Made by a program: the position numbers and the translations under genes. Below, piece after piece: positions 40,347 through 49,929 of a DNA stretch of 64,000 bases (its first letter is position 1; each line of letters starts with the position of its first letter). The notes beneath the pieces are model-generated. The model did no database searches. It saw nothing but the letters and a program-made list of their open reading frames with translations, and was not told the origin of the DNA. This DNA is from a virus: IMG/VR virus record IMGVR_UViG_3300045995_000065, positions 8,237-72,236 of that record; one strand, 5' to 3'.

Positions 40347-40900
40347 AGTGGTTGTTCCCAGATGCCTTTAAGGTATTTAGCTTTAATTAATGTTTTCTCA
40401 AGATCTTGCTCTGCAAGGTTAAGTAAACTGTCCACTTCAGACATTCTAGCGTCCAAAACATCCATAACCAGCGAATCTTTAGACTTCGCTGCTTTTACTT
40501 TCCTACTTGCGTAATAAGTTTTATCTTGTTGTAATTTACTTATCCTAGTGTCTTGACGGCGTATTTCGGACGCCATTGTGAACCTATTAGTATGCTCTAG
40601 GATGCAGTACGTGACTGCACTTTGCTTGCAGGTGAATACATCAACCAACTCTTCAAAGTTGTTGAATACATGCCAGTCTTTGCCCTTGGCTTTGCAAGCA
40701 TACTTGCCCACTTGCATACCCCACTTTGTAGGCAGAATGACAAGCTCGTCCTTAACCATTTTTTGGGCTTCTGTTCGTGCCCAGTGCTGTACGTATTGCT
40801 GCGCTAAGTCAGTGATACTTGCAACATCTTTAACCGATGGTGCGTCTTTTGCGGGTTTTTTCTTTTTAGGTTTAGCGTTTGGAATATACGATTTGGCCAT
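40343..40900 (-). CDS. Hypothetical protein
   Basis: Coupled ORF with C-terminal coiled coil. Confidence 0.6.
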   Translation of the reverse strand: MAKSYIPNAKPKKKKPAKDAPSVKDVASITDLAQQYVQHWARTEAQKMVKDELVILPTKWGMQVGKYACKAKGKDWHVFNNFEELVDVFTCKQSAVTYCILEHTNRFTMASEIRRQDTRISKLQQDKTYYASRKVKAAKSKDSLVMDVLDARMSEVDSLLNLAEQDLEKTLIKAKYLKGIWEQPL

Positions 40901-41075
40901 CTTGATTTTTTCTTAAGAGCACATTCTTGTTGACTAATTGGTTAGCCACGTATGCTTCTCGTTCGTTGAATTCTTTCTTTTGGACAGTAGATTGGTCATG
41001 AAAGCGGCCTAATACATCCGCTTCTTCGTTTGTGATTTGCAATTGCAAACCTTGCATTATTTCTACTATTTTCAT
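40872..41075 (-). CDS. Small winged-helix-like protein
   Basis: ITNEE..L...ERE..VANQLVNKNVL.R; TATAAATA 4 nt upstream. Confidence 0.55.
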   Translation of the reverse strand: MKIVEIMQGLQLQITNEEADVLGRFHDQSTVQKKEFNEREAYVANQLVNKNVLLRKNQDGQIVYSKR

Positions 41076-41087
41076 ATTGTATTTATA

Positions 41088-41537
41088 TTACTTCAACTTG
41101 TCAAGATTAATGGCACCAGGAATGAAGTGGATATTCTTGATAGCGCCGTACGGATGAAAAATTGGTAGCATGAAGCGAGCTGTCTCGTCTAGTCCATTTA
41201 CAATAGGTACTTGCTCAAAGTCTTTCTCAAGCAATGCGCGATCTTGCCCGTTTGCTAAGAAAATATCTTCGCGATCCACTGCCCAAGTCCACACCCAAAC
41301 TTTGTGCACACCTTGATACATCTCACCAAATTCTTGGTATTCAGACATGTTTTCTTCTGTGCATACTGGTCCGTTGATATGCAGGGGTTGAGTGCGCAAA
41401 CCTATAACTTGCAATACAGTTTCCCAATTGCGTTGTTGGTTGCGTTCAAACTCTACCTCGGGCCTAAAGCGAGTAACCCCAGTGGGGGTAATATCCACTA
41501 GGGTCATGCCTGTATAAAAGTGTAATCCATCGCTCAT
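41088..41537 (-). CDS. Conserved hypothetical protein
   Basis: TLVDIT.TG...RNQQRNWET..Q...LRTQP. Confidence 0.6.
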   Translation of the reverse strand: MSDGLHFYTGMTLVDITPTGVTRFRPEVEFERNQQRNWETVLQVIGLRTQPLHINGPVCTEENMSEYQEFGEMYQGVHKVWVWTWAVDREDIFLANGQDRALLEKDFEQVPIVNGLDETARFMLPIFHPYGAIKNIHFIPGAINLDKLK

Positions 41538-41558
41538 GCTAATATTTAGCAGAGCAGT

Positions 41559-42005
41559 TTATGCTAGTTTGAATCCGTTAACCGAAGATACAGTAGCGCC
41601 AGTTGTAGATGTGTTTCCGTACACGCCCTGCGCAGCACCAATGTTAGCACGAATGTATGCTTGTAAATCAGCATCGGTCCAAGCGGACCCTTCTACTAAC
41701 ACAGACATCTGCCCAGTGCTAGATTCAATTTGATACATTGCGACGGTGTTGCGTTGTTGAATAACATCAAGAATACGTGCAACTACACCTACGTTGCCAT
41801 TGGAACGATTAATACCGCTCTCCACTGTTAAGTTGCTTGCACCGTAGCCAGTGATACCGGTAATCTTGTATGCTGTTGGGTGACCGCCTAAACCTGTTGC
41901 AATGATGCCAGTAGCTACACGGGCTGCATTGTCTGCATTACCCTCAATATCAAACCCTGCTACTGCTGTACTATCACCGTTAACTTTAATTGCGCCTAAT
42001 GCCAT
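41559..42005 (-). CDS. Putative virion structural protein (paralogue A)
   Basis: MALGAIKVNG; Gly/Ala/Thr-rich; own TAAATA and SD. Confidence 0.6.
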   Translation of the reverse strand: MALGAIKVNGDSTAVAGFDIEGNADNAARVATGIIATGLGGHPTAYKITGITGYGASNLTVESGINRSNGNVGVVARILDVIQQRNTVAMYQIESSTGQMSVLVEGSAWTDADLQAYIRANIGAAQGVYGNTSTTGATVSSVNGFKLA

Positions 42006-42047
42006 GATGTAAATCTCCTAGTATAGTATTTAGCTTGTTTCAGTCAC

Positions 42048-42070
42048 AAAAAAGCCCTATTGCTAGGGCT
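42048..42070 (-). terminator. Rho-independent terminator
   Basis: AGCCCTA-GCAA-TAGGGCT-TTTTT. Confidence 0.85.
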
Positions 42071-42092
42071 CTTTGTTACTTACTATTGCTTA

Positions 42093-42434
42093 TTAAGCGA
42101 ATGTAAATGTACCGTCACCGTTCAATACAGACGATGTTGTTACAGTTGCACCTTGAGCTGCGAAAGCTGCTGTTAAGCCAACGATGTTTGCAGAAGCGCC
42201 GTCAACGATAACGCAGAAGCTGTCGTCGTTTTGTGCGCCCATGAATACGATGGAAGCGAATTGCATAACTGTCAACATAGCGTGCTCGTAACCGCCGAAT
42301 ACTAATTCAGCTGGAGCGCCACCAGTGGAAGCTGTGAATTGACCTGTGTGAGCTACCTTAACGATAAGTGGTTGGTAACCGTATACTGTTGTGAACGATG
42401 CTTTGCCGTTAACACGAATTTGTCCTAATGCCAT
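42093..42434 (-). CDS. Putative abundant virion structural protein (paralogue B)
   Basis: MALGQIRVNG; monocistronic unit with TAAATA, leader hairpin and terminator. Confidence 0.6.
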   Translation of the reverse strand: MALGQIRVNGKASFTTVYGYQPLIVKVAHTGQFTASTGGAPAELVFGGYEHAMLTVMQFASIVFMGAQNDDSFCVIVDGASANIVGLTAAFAAQGATVTTSSVLNGDGTFTFA

Positions 42435-42513
42435 GATAATTTCCTTTATTAATATGGGCCGCGAAGGGCCTCATGTAAATATTTATGCAGACTGCAAAAA
42501 TACTACGAGTTTA

Positions 42514-43635
42514 CTAATCGTTTTTAGCGAAGTTCGCAGCACTAAAGCTTGCTCTGTCCACTAGTTTGATAAGACCTTGAGAGGTGTTAAACACATATCC
42601 TTCACCCCCAGCTTTACCGTTGATACTACTTTGTATTGTGTGCTGTTGCGCATCTAGTTGCTGAATCAAGTTTGCCTTGATTAGTACCATGCCCTTAAAG
42701 ATGTCAAATACTGCTGCTACTGCTGGGCCTTGTACAGTGATAGCGCCACCAGGACCAATCAGATTGTCTAGCTTTGCTGCTGTTACGTTAGTCTTAAGCC
42801 ATGTAGGGAAATCACCAGAAAAACCTTTAACACGGGCGTTGACGTAAGTTTTCATCAATGCGCCTAAGTTACTGATCTTAGCTGCGGCAAGTAAATCGCT
42901 GTGGAACAAGTCCTCAATGATAGGTGCATTCTTACGAATCATGCCTGATACTTGCTGTATAGCTGCCACTGGACTCTTCAAGTTAACTTGGTCCTGCATA
43001 TTAGGAGTCATGATTGTTAACGGACCAGATACGTCTAATCCGCCCAAGTCTTTAATCACGACTGGCTCTTGGTCAAAGTCCGGAAAATATTGGTGTACTA
43101 CGATGCCACCAATGCTGTGTCCTATACGTTGGCCCAATGCTGTGTTAGTTGCTACAGAGTAAGTTACAGTGTTAGGCTTGAACATGTACTTGCCGTTAGA
43201 CGGCGATAGTTTACCTGCCCATAGTAAGTCGCCCCACCAGTAACCTTTAGAGCCGCTTGGTACAGCTTCTTCAAAAGCAGGCCAAAGAACTTTTAACTTA
43301 GCATATAAATCACCACGATTAGCACCACGATTAACGTCATACTGTACAAATGCCTCTACTGATGTAACACGACCTGAGCCGTCTTTCTTTGTGAACATGT
43401 GCTTGTCTGCTACTACTAACTGTCCGTCGTGATTGCGGCCAAACACCATTGCGGGAAAGCCGTCAAACTTAACTGATAGATTGTGTGGCTCTGCAGCTAC
43501 TTCTGCTAATGCTTTGAGTGCACGACTCGCGCCTTGAATCCCCTCGTCAAAGATTAAATCTTCAGGGTGATCAATACGTGCGCCTTCTGTAAGGATACGA
43601 TTAGTAGGCAGACTGTTGATGAACTCTAATAGCAT
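42514..43635 (-). CDS. ATP-dependent ligase-fold protein (DUF6267-like)
   Basis: Motif I SVKFDG, III WGDLLW, IV GEGYV, V IKLVDR. Confidence 0.7.
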   Translation of the reverse strand: MLLEFINSLPTNRILTEGARIDHPEDLIFDEGIQGASRALKALAEVAAEPHNLSVKFDGFPAMVFGRNHDGQLVVADKHMFTKKDGSGRVTSVEAFVQYDVNRGANRGDLYAKLKVLWPAFEEAVPSGSKGYWWGDLLWAGKLSPSNGKYMFKPNTVTYSVATNTALGQRIGHSIGGIVVHQYFPDFDQEPVVIKDLGGLDVSGPLTIMTPNMQDQVNLKSPVAAIQQVSGMIRKNAPIIEDLFHSDLLAAAKISNLGALMKTYVNARVKGFSGDFPTWLKTNVTAAKLDNLIGPGGAITVQGPAVAAVFDIFKGMVLIKANLIQQLDAQQHTIQSSINGKAGGEGYVFNTSQGLIKLVDRASFSAANFAKND

Positions 43636-44393
43636 TATAGTTTACTTTGAATACTTCTAAACCAACCCGCTGTACCTGGGTGATGATCTTCCGGCAATGT
43701 CATTAAGCCCTTGGCTACGTCTTGACGTGCTTGTGCAAGCTTGCCTTCTTTGTCTGGGTCAGTGCGCAACTTAGCCATGACAGCTTTAATACTGTCTAAA
43801 TCTGATTCTTTTGCAGTTGGACCAAGCAATAGCTTTGCTGCTTTCTTGCGTGTGTCAGCGACTACTTCGTTGTTATCTCTGCGCATAACAGTACCAGCAA
43901 AGCCGTCTACCTTTAGCCCAAGGAACTTGCCAATGCTGTTGTATAACATGAACAACTGGCCGCCCTTGAACTGTGGGTCATCGTACATGCCACGTGGCCC
44001 ATGCTGATGCCAAGGTGCAACCTTAACTGCATTCTTGATAACCATCAAGTCAACTTGCACAATATGCTTGCCGTCTTTAGCCATGTAAGGCGCACCGACG
44101 TGCACGTTACGACCAATGATCTTAACAGGATAGCCCTTAGCTTGCATGAACTGTGCCAGTGCTTTCTTTGCGCTGACTTCGTCCTGCACACCAAACTTAG
44201 CTGCAAGCTGATCGTAGTCAATAAACATGTCCATGTCGCCGCTCGCTACTTTGTAGCCTGCAGAACCAATGTCAGGAATAGCTTTGATTCCTGATGGTAA
44301 ATCTAGTTGAATGTTGTTGACAACGCCTGCAACGTATTCTTTAGGAATATCACCGTCGCCAAATACATTGCCGCCTTCGTATAAGTGCATCAT
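43635..44393 (-). CDS. Pol-beta-type nucleotidyltransferase
   Basis: IGSAG...SGDMD (hG[GS]..DxD) plus third Asp in VQVDLM. Confidence 0.8.
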   Translation of the reverse strand: MMHLYEGGNVFGDGDIPKEYVAGVVNNIQLDLPSGIKAIPDIGSAGYKVASGDMDMFIDYDQLAAKFGVQDEVSAKKALAQFMQAKGYPVKIIGRNVHVGAPYMAKDGKHIVQVDLMVIKNAVKVAPWHQHGPRGMYDDPQFKGGQLFMLYNSIGKFLGLKVDGFAGTVMRRDNNEVVADTRKKAAKLLLGPTAKESDLDSIKAVMAKLRTDPDKEGKLAQARQDVAKGLMTLPEDHHPGTAGWFRSIQSKL

Positions 44394-45139
44394 TATCGTT
44401 GAATGCTTTCTGTTGGAATTGCACCACCAGTACCATCTAACTTACTTTTTAAGTTTTCAAGTGCAGTGATCTGGTCTATGTTACCTACTGCTATTGGTGC
44501 GGCGGCCGCATTTGCTTTTAACGTCCAGCCTGTCGTTGTCTTGGAAAATATTCTACCGTCAGGTGCCTCAATTGCCCCATATCTTGGATCGGCCGCGGAT
44601 GGTGACCACTTACTCTTCGGTGTTGGTGCCGCCGTAGGCGCGGCTACATTATTTGTGCGATTAGCAAAATGCTGTGCAATCGAGCGTGTAATAAACGGCT
44701 TGTATTTTGCAGGATCAACCACATCCGTGTCAGCAGGGAAATCAGCGTCAGATGGTGGATTTAGTGACGACGCCTCCTTCTTCATAAAGGCAATGAAGTT
44801 TTGTTTTGTGACTGGTGCGCCAGCAGTTTGCAAAGTTTTAATTTGTACTGCCCAGGCGTTTAATACTGCATTGGTGATTTTACCAATTTGGCCTGAAGTT
44901 TTTTCTGCTTCTGCGTTATTTGCACGATTTGTACGTGCCGTTTGAATGCCAGCTTTTGCAGTTTGATAACTTTGTATTGGGTGCTTGGCGATTTGCTTAC
45001 CAGCTTGATATGCACCAGCAGCCTTTTGCTTAACCCAATCCACAGGGCCTTCATTGATTTGCGACTCACGTTGAAGCCTACGCTGGGCCATCTCAGCGAT
45101 AATTTTTGCTGTTTTTTGTTCCGCTGCCTTAGACTTCAT
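44393..45139 (-). CDS. Hypothetical Ala/Lys/Thr-rich protein, putative internal virion protein
   Basis: INE/G junction near N-terminus; coupled to the NTase gene. Confidence 0.55.
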   Translation of the reverse strand: MKSKAAEQKTAKIIAEMAQRRLQRESQINEGPVDWVKQKAAGAYQAGKQIAKHPIQSYQTAKAGIQTARTNRANNAEAEKTSGQIGKITNAVLNAWAVQIKTLQTAGAPVTKQNFIAFMKKEASSLNPPSDADFPADTDVVDPAKYKPFITRSIAQHFANRTNNVAAPTAAPTPKSKWSPSAADPRYGAIEAPDGRIFSKTTTGWTLKANAAAAPIAVGNIDQITALENLKSKLDGTGGAIPTESIQR

Positions 45140-45380
45140 TACTCTTAGCTTTCTTTATTCCTCTGGAAAATTTGCTAGGATCTTGTGCCCGGATGCTATT
45201 CAATAAGCGGCGTTCAAGTTCAGCGGAAACCTCTGCGTCATAATTCTCGCGAATATAGTTGATAAGATTGATCGCTCCTGCGATTACATTGCTTGCACGG
45301 GATTCTACGAGATTCTCACGATCTCTAGTAACGCTCATGTTTGCGAGTTCATCAAGAATACTGCGGGTGCGTTTTTGCAA
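45129..45380 (-). CDS. Conserved small phage protein
   Basis: KRTRSILDEL...ESRA.N.I..AINL...RRLLNSIR..D..KF.RG; TAAATA at 45403-45408. Confidence 0.65.
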   Translation of the reverse strand: MQKRTRSILDELANMSVTRDRENLVESRASNVIAGAINLINYIRENYDAEVSAELERRLLNSIRAQDPSKFSRGIKKAKSNEV

Positions 45381-45417
45381 AAGATTGCTCCAGTTATTAG
45401 TGTATTTAGTTGAGTTA

Positions 45418-46896
45418 TTAGTCTTTGCTCTTTAGGCCAGCGAGCATACCCTTGAGGATTGTACTTTGTGCTTCGCCCTTAGGTGGCGCCCCACCAGTCC
45501 CTGCAAACTTCTTAGTGATGTCAAAGCCTTCCTTGGATTGTGGCTTCTCCCACTTGTCTTTAGCTTGCCCACTACCACTACCACTACCAGCATGTGATGC
45601 TGCGCCACCGCTCTTGATTCGATCCATGATGCTGCTAACTTGATTGCCGTTGCTACTACCGCCAGAATCACCACCTGCGTCTGTAATACGCATTGTGTCG
45701 ATGTTGTACTCAAGTTCAATCTTTTGTCCCACGCCTGTAGAGCTACGTGATTTCATACATTGAATTTGATACTTGCCACGCTCACGCATAGTACGTGATG
45801 TAAAGATACCAAACACATTGTCAGCAGTGTTAATCTTAGAGATACCACCTGAGATGTGCGAGTGATCAAACTCTACTTCTTCAACCGCAGAACGATTCAA
45901 TTGCGAGGCAGTAACAAATAATACACCAAGTTCCTTTGCCAAGTTACGCAATTCTTCCGACACATACTTGTCCTTGACGAACAAGTCGTTAGGGTTAACC
46001 TTAGCGGATACAGGCATCAACAAGTCCAAATAGTCGACCATCACAAAGTCGATCTTAATACCCTTCTTGATTTGGAACTCTTTGATGTACGCACGTATGT
46101 CATTGATGTTGCTTTGTGCTGGCAGCGACTTAATCTGATACTTACCAAACTTCTTGCCATGCATTGCAACCTTAAGTGCAGTGTCGTCAATGCTCTTGCG
46201 AATGTCCTTTGTGGAAGCAGACGTCAACATCGCATCAGTACGCAATGAGGTCAGTTCTTCCGACAATTCTAGTGTAATGTATATGCCGTTTAATCCAGCT
46301 TCCAGCCAGCTCAGTGCGATATTCATCATCACAAGTGACTTACCTGAACCAGACCCACCTGCAAAAATATTCAATTCACCACGTGAGAATCCGCCGTACA
46401 GTAGCCTGTCCATTTGCGGCCAGCCCGTACTAACTTGTCCACCTGCTGTAAAGTATTTGTTTAGTCGTCCTGCAGGGTCAGCAAAGTAATCAGTACCCAT
46501 GTCCTTAGTAAGACTGATTTGTACTGCATCCTTGATAAGCTTTTCAACCGGATCGTAGTCTCCATCTTCAAGTAAGTCTGCTGCTTTAAGAATTGCTCGC
46601 TCTAGTTCCTTCCGTCGAGTAAAGCTTTCAAACTCGTTTAAAAACCACTCTGAATGTCCCTCGTCCCATTCAGGGATAGGCTTTAAGTCTGCACCCGTTA
46701 ATGCTTTGATCTGCTCGTACCGCGGCAATATGCTGTACTCTTCAGAGTGCGTCTTTAAGAACCTTGCTGTTTCCTGAAGGCTGCGATCAAAATTCTCGGG
46801 GTTGTAAATGTTCTGAACGCGAATGAAGTTCTCCGCATTGTGCAACATTACTTCTAGAAAAAACTTTTGTATGTCAGTGCTATAATCTTTTGCCAT
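45418..46896 (-). CDS. DnaB-like replicative helicase (T4 gp41-like)
   Basis: GGSGSGKS, TLELSE, VDYLDL, TASQLNR, KSR; Gly/Ser-rich tail. Confidence 0.95.
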   Translation of the reverse strand: MAKDYSTDIQKFFLEVMLHNAENFIRVQNIYNPENFDRSLQETARFLKTHSEEYSILPRYEQIKALTGADLKPIPEWDEGHSEWFLNEFESFTRRKELERAILKAADLLEDGDYDPVEKLIKDAVQISLTKDMGTDYFADPAGRLNKYFTAGGQVSTGWPQMDRLLYGGFSRGELNIFAGGSGSGKSLVMMNIALSWLEAGLNGIYITLELSEELTSLRTDAMLTSASTKDIRKSIDDTALKVAMHGKKFGKYQIKSLPAQSNINDIRAYIKEFQIKKGIKIDFVMVDYLDLLMPVSAKVNPNDLFVKDKYVSEELRNLAKELGVLFVTASQLNRSAVEEVEFDHSHISGGISKINTADNVFGIFTSRTMRERGKYQIQCMKSRSSTGVGQKIELEYNIDTMRITDAGGDSGGSSNGNQVSSIMDRIKSGGAASHAGSGSGSGQAKDKWEKPQSKEGFDITKKFAGTGGAPPKGEAQSTILKGMLAGLKSKD

Positions 46897-46911
46897 GTAT
46901 TTCCTTATATC

Positions 46912-47979
46912 TTAGTTAGTATGTATGCGTTTCTTCATCAGCTCAATTTTTAGCTTGCTCGTTTCAACCCCCTCAAGGATTGACTTCATTGTGTACAGCT
47001 TGCCATACATTTCAACTGCCTTACTAACATCTTTGTATTTGTCTTTCCAAATTGGAAAGCTAACATGCCACCCATATTCAATTGCAAGGTCAACTAATCG
47101 CTCACCAGTCCATACCATCTTGCCACGTACTTCTTTTAGGTCAAAGTCTGGTACAACAATTACTTCCTTGCCGAGACTTTCGATTAAGTCTACTTGCACT
47201 TCGGAAATGTGATCGCCCAATGTAGCGACGCCGTCTACTGCCATTGCATCAAACGGGCCCTCCATTACTAGCACAAACTTTGAATCACGTTTCTGTATGT
47301 CCATGTTGAAAACAACATTCGCCTCATAGCTATTGTAATACTTGGGCTTAACATTGTCTACTATTGCTCTGCCAGTATAGCCTATCACTTGCCCTTTCCA
47401 GTAGAAGGGCACGATGACACGCTTATGCAAATTGGATTGGGTCTCTGGAGTGATATAGAATTGATACTTTTCCATATCAACCTTACGACTAGTCAAATAC
47501 TCCACAGTGTTTACAAGTTGCTCGTAATCTTCCTGCTTTACCGTGTCCTCAGTATTCAATGCCAAAAATGTCATCAACTCAGCAATGCTTATTGCTTCTT
47601 CTGGTAATGAACGAGGTTTGACTACAAACTCTTCTTTTACCTTTTCGATTATCTCTGGCGCAATCGTATCTTTGATGCGCAGTGCTTCGAATACTAATCG
47701 TTTTATCGTATTCTCGTCTGTGCCAAACCATTGCAATAGTTTTCGAAACTTGTACGATATGTGCCTACCAGGTTCCCACCCAGTAATGAATTGGCAATTG
47801 AAACAATGGTACGCTACACCGCCTGTAGGTGTGAGCATTAGTCCACCGCGACCTCGTGTGTCCGCACTCTCGCCATTATGATGACAACAAGGCGCATTAA
47901 ACGAAATCCAATTATTCGGACTCGTTTTGCGCTTACCAGGAAGTATTGTTGTTACAGTGTCTTGAATTGAATTGCTCAC
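46912..47979 (-). CDS. DNA primase
   Basis: N-terminal zinc finger (CC...HCFNC), GYTGR, KY.N, TOPRIM EGPFD, PDFD, KD; promoter TTGAAT-17-TACAAT at 47985-48013. Confidence 0.92.
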   Translation of the reverse strand: MSNSIQDTVTTILPGKRKTSPNNWISFNAPCCHHNGESADTRGRGGLMLTPTGGVAYHCFNCQFITGWEPGRHISYKFRKLLQWFGTDENTIKRLVFEALRIKDTIAPEIIEKVKEEFVVKPRSLPEEAISIAELMTFLALNTEDTVKQEDYEQLVNTVEYLTSRKVDMEKYQFYITPETQSNLHKRVIVPFYWKGQVIGYTGRAIVDNVKPKYYNSYEANVVFNMDIQKRDSKFVLVMEGPFDAMAVDGVATLGDHISEVQVDLIESLGKEVIVVPDFDLKEVRGKMVWTGERLVDLAIEYGWHVSFPIWKDKYKDVSKAVEMYGKLYTMKSILEGVETSKLKIELMKKRIHTN

Positions 47980-48022
47980 TAGCTATTGTAGCAGTTTGCA
48001 ACTACAAATTCAAGACTTTAGA

Positions 48023-49393
48023 TTACCATACATTGGGTAATGCTATGCGTCTCCAAATGGGTGTGGAGCCATCGTATACAGTGGTGCAGACATACAAATA
48101 AATCGAATCCGCTGCAATCATCCCAGCCGTATCTCCAACTTTACCATATTTTGTTGTCGGAACGGGTTGTACCCCGGACGGTCCTTGCGGTCCAGGAACT
48201 GTACTATCAGCACCAGCCGGGCCTTGTAGGCCAATATTACCTTGAATACCTTGCGGACCTGTTGGACCAGCAACTATACTATCTGCACCTGCTGGTCCAA
48301 TGTTACCTTGAATGCCCTGCGGACCAGGAACTGTACTAGCAGCACCAGCCGGGCCTTGTGGGCCAGTAGGTCCTACTAAAGATTGAAGCCAATCTATATT
48401 TGTACCGACAAATCCATTGATTGCTGCAACTTGATAAGCAGACAAACCATCATTGCCTGTGGGACCTGGAATGCCTTGTATGCCCTGGGGACCTTGAATA
48501 CCCTGTGTGCCTTGTGGACCTAAATCGCCCTGAATGCCCTGAATGCCTTGTGGACCTAAATCGCCTTGTACGCCTTGTGGGCCCAACGGACCAATATTAC
48601 CTTGAATGCCTTGCGGGCCTATCGGTCCGATATTACCTTGAATGCCCTGTAAACCCTGAATGCCTTGCGGGCCCAAACTGCCTTGAATACCTTGTGGCCC
48701 TTGTAAACCTTGTGGGCCAACAATTTTACCAACGTCAACCCAAGCTGAGCCTGACCATGTGTATAAATTGCCGTCAGCTTCAACAATGTATGCATCACCG
48801 ACAACGTTGATAAACATAGGAAGGTCAGCAACCTGTAACACAGACCCCTTAAGATGAACTCCTGCACCAGCTTCGCCAGTATCACCTTTAGGACCAGCAA
48901 TTCCCTGTAGTCCTTGTGGGCCAGTTAGACCTTGAATACCTTGCGATCCTTGTGGGCCAGCAACTATACTATCTGCGCCAGTAAGCCCTTGGATACCCTG
49001 TGGTCCCATCGGACCAATATTACCTTGGATGCCTTGAGTGCCTTGTGGTCCTTCAATTCCTTGCAATCCTGTAGGGCCAGCAACACCCATTGGGCCCTGC
49101 GTGCCTTGAACACCTTGCGGTCCGGCTGGGCCTTGTGGCCCAGCCGGGCCTGTGGGCCCAACTGCTGTGCCAGCAGGACCTTCAGGTCCTATAGGCCCAG
49201 CTGGCCCTGTGGCGCCAACTGATGCAAGTGGGTATGGCAGATCTGTCCAACGTGAAATTCCGTTACCGTACTTCACTCTTGAGGTATCTAGTTCTAGACC
49301 AGGTTCACCCAAAGCTAAGATAGGATTACGAGCCGTCCAATTAATTGCTAAATCACGTCTAAATTTAATCTGTACTGTCATATTATGCTCCAC
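48023..49393 (-). CDS. Collagen-like fibre protein with Mtd-type N-terminal domain
   Basis: RRD...W...NPIL..GE.G.E.DT...K.GNG...W..LPY; long Gly-X-Y runs; C-terminal YLYVC...WRRIAL. Confidence 0.9.
   Translation of the reverse strand: MEHNMTVQIKFRRDLAINWTARNPILALGEPGLELDTSRVKYGNGISRWTDLPYPLASVGATGPAGPIGPEGPAGTAVGPTGPAGPQGPAGPQGVQGTQGPMGVAGPTGLQGIEGPQGTQGIQGNIGPMGPQGIQGLTGADSIVAGPQGSQGIQGLTGPQGLQGIAGPKGDTGEAGAGVHLKGSVLQVADLPMFINVVGDAYIVEADGNLYTWSGSAWVDVGKIVGPQGLQGPQGIQGSLGPQGIQGLQGIQGNIGPIGPQGIQGNIGPLGPQGVQGDLGPQGIQGIQGDLGPQGTQGIQGPQGIQGIPGPTGNDGLSAYQVAAINGFVGTNIDWLQSLVGPTGPQGPAGAASTVPGPQGIQGNIGPAGADSIVAGPTGPQGIQGNIGLQGPAGADSTVPGPQGPSGVQPVPTTKYGKVGDTAGMIAADSIYLYVCTTVYDGSTPIWRRIALPNVW
48170..49215 (-). 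repeat. Gly-X-Y coding repeats with duplicated blocks
   Basis: GPQGIQG repeats; GADSIVAGP twice, GA[AD]STVPGP twice, GNIGP five times. Confidence 0.85.
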
Positions 49394-49892
49394 CGCCGTC
49401 TAAGACGACATCTCCTGCGTTTATGTTATATATTGTATCTGCGTTGCCCACTTCACCGTTGTAGTATGCTGGTAGTACCTTCAAGTCCAGTGGTACATCA
49501 TAGTCTGCATCTACGTAAATTGGCTGCTCTAAGCTTGTTACTGTGTTTATTGTGCGAAATGTTAGCTTGTAAAAGCGTTGCTCTAATTCGTCGATTGTTG
49601 CCCTGTCAATCACAAAATTGCCTTGCCCTAGCGTTACGTTAGCCCAAGTAATAGGAAATGTAGCTACTGCTACTTTGTTGCTTGGGTCTTGTATCTCTGC
49701 GACCATAATGTAGTTCGTTACGTTGACATACTTCTGATCTTGGTTCTTGACAAGCACCTGCATAGGGTTATCAATACCTTGGTAAACTGTTACTGGTCGT
49801 GAATACACTACTCTGTTCCTTGTTGTGAAGATTGAGGGGTCAACTATTTGAGCCACAACTTTATTGCTGTATAAATAAGTTTGGATGATCAT
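49383..49892 (-). CDS. Ig-like virion structural protein (BppU-like)
   Basis: VYQGIDN...VKNQDQK beta pattern; C-terminal LDGG; adjacent to fibre gene. Confidence 0.5.
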   Translation of the reverse strand: MIIQTYLYSNKVVAQIVDPSIFTTRNRVVYSRPVTVYQGIDNPMQVLVKNQDQKYVNVTNYIMVAEIQDPSNKVAVATFPITWANVTLGQGNFVIDRATIDELEQRFYKLTFRTINTVTSLEQPIYVDADYDVPLDLKVLPAYYNGEVGNADTIYNINAGDVVLDGGGA

Positions 49893-49929
49893 TTTAATAG
49901 CGTCCCATTTACATATTTAGCAAGAGAAC

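Noticed and set aside
45540-45680. Gly/Ser-rich helicase tail with ACTACC repeats
   Set aside because: Low-complexity linker with no independent signal
32940-47979. Inteins or introns in nrdA, nrdB, helicase, primase
   Set aside because: Normal lengths, continuous motifs, no splice signatures
48023-49393. Diversity-generating retroelement suggested by the Mtd-type N-terminus
   Set aside because: No reverse transcriptase, C-type lectin tip or TR/VR pair in the window
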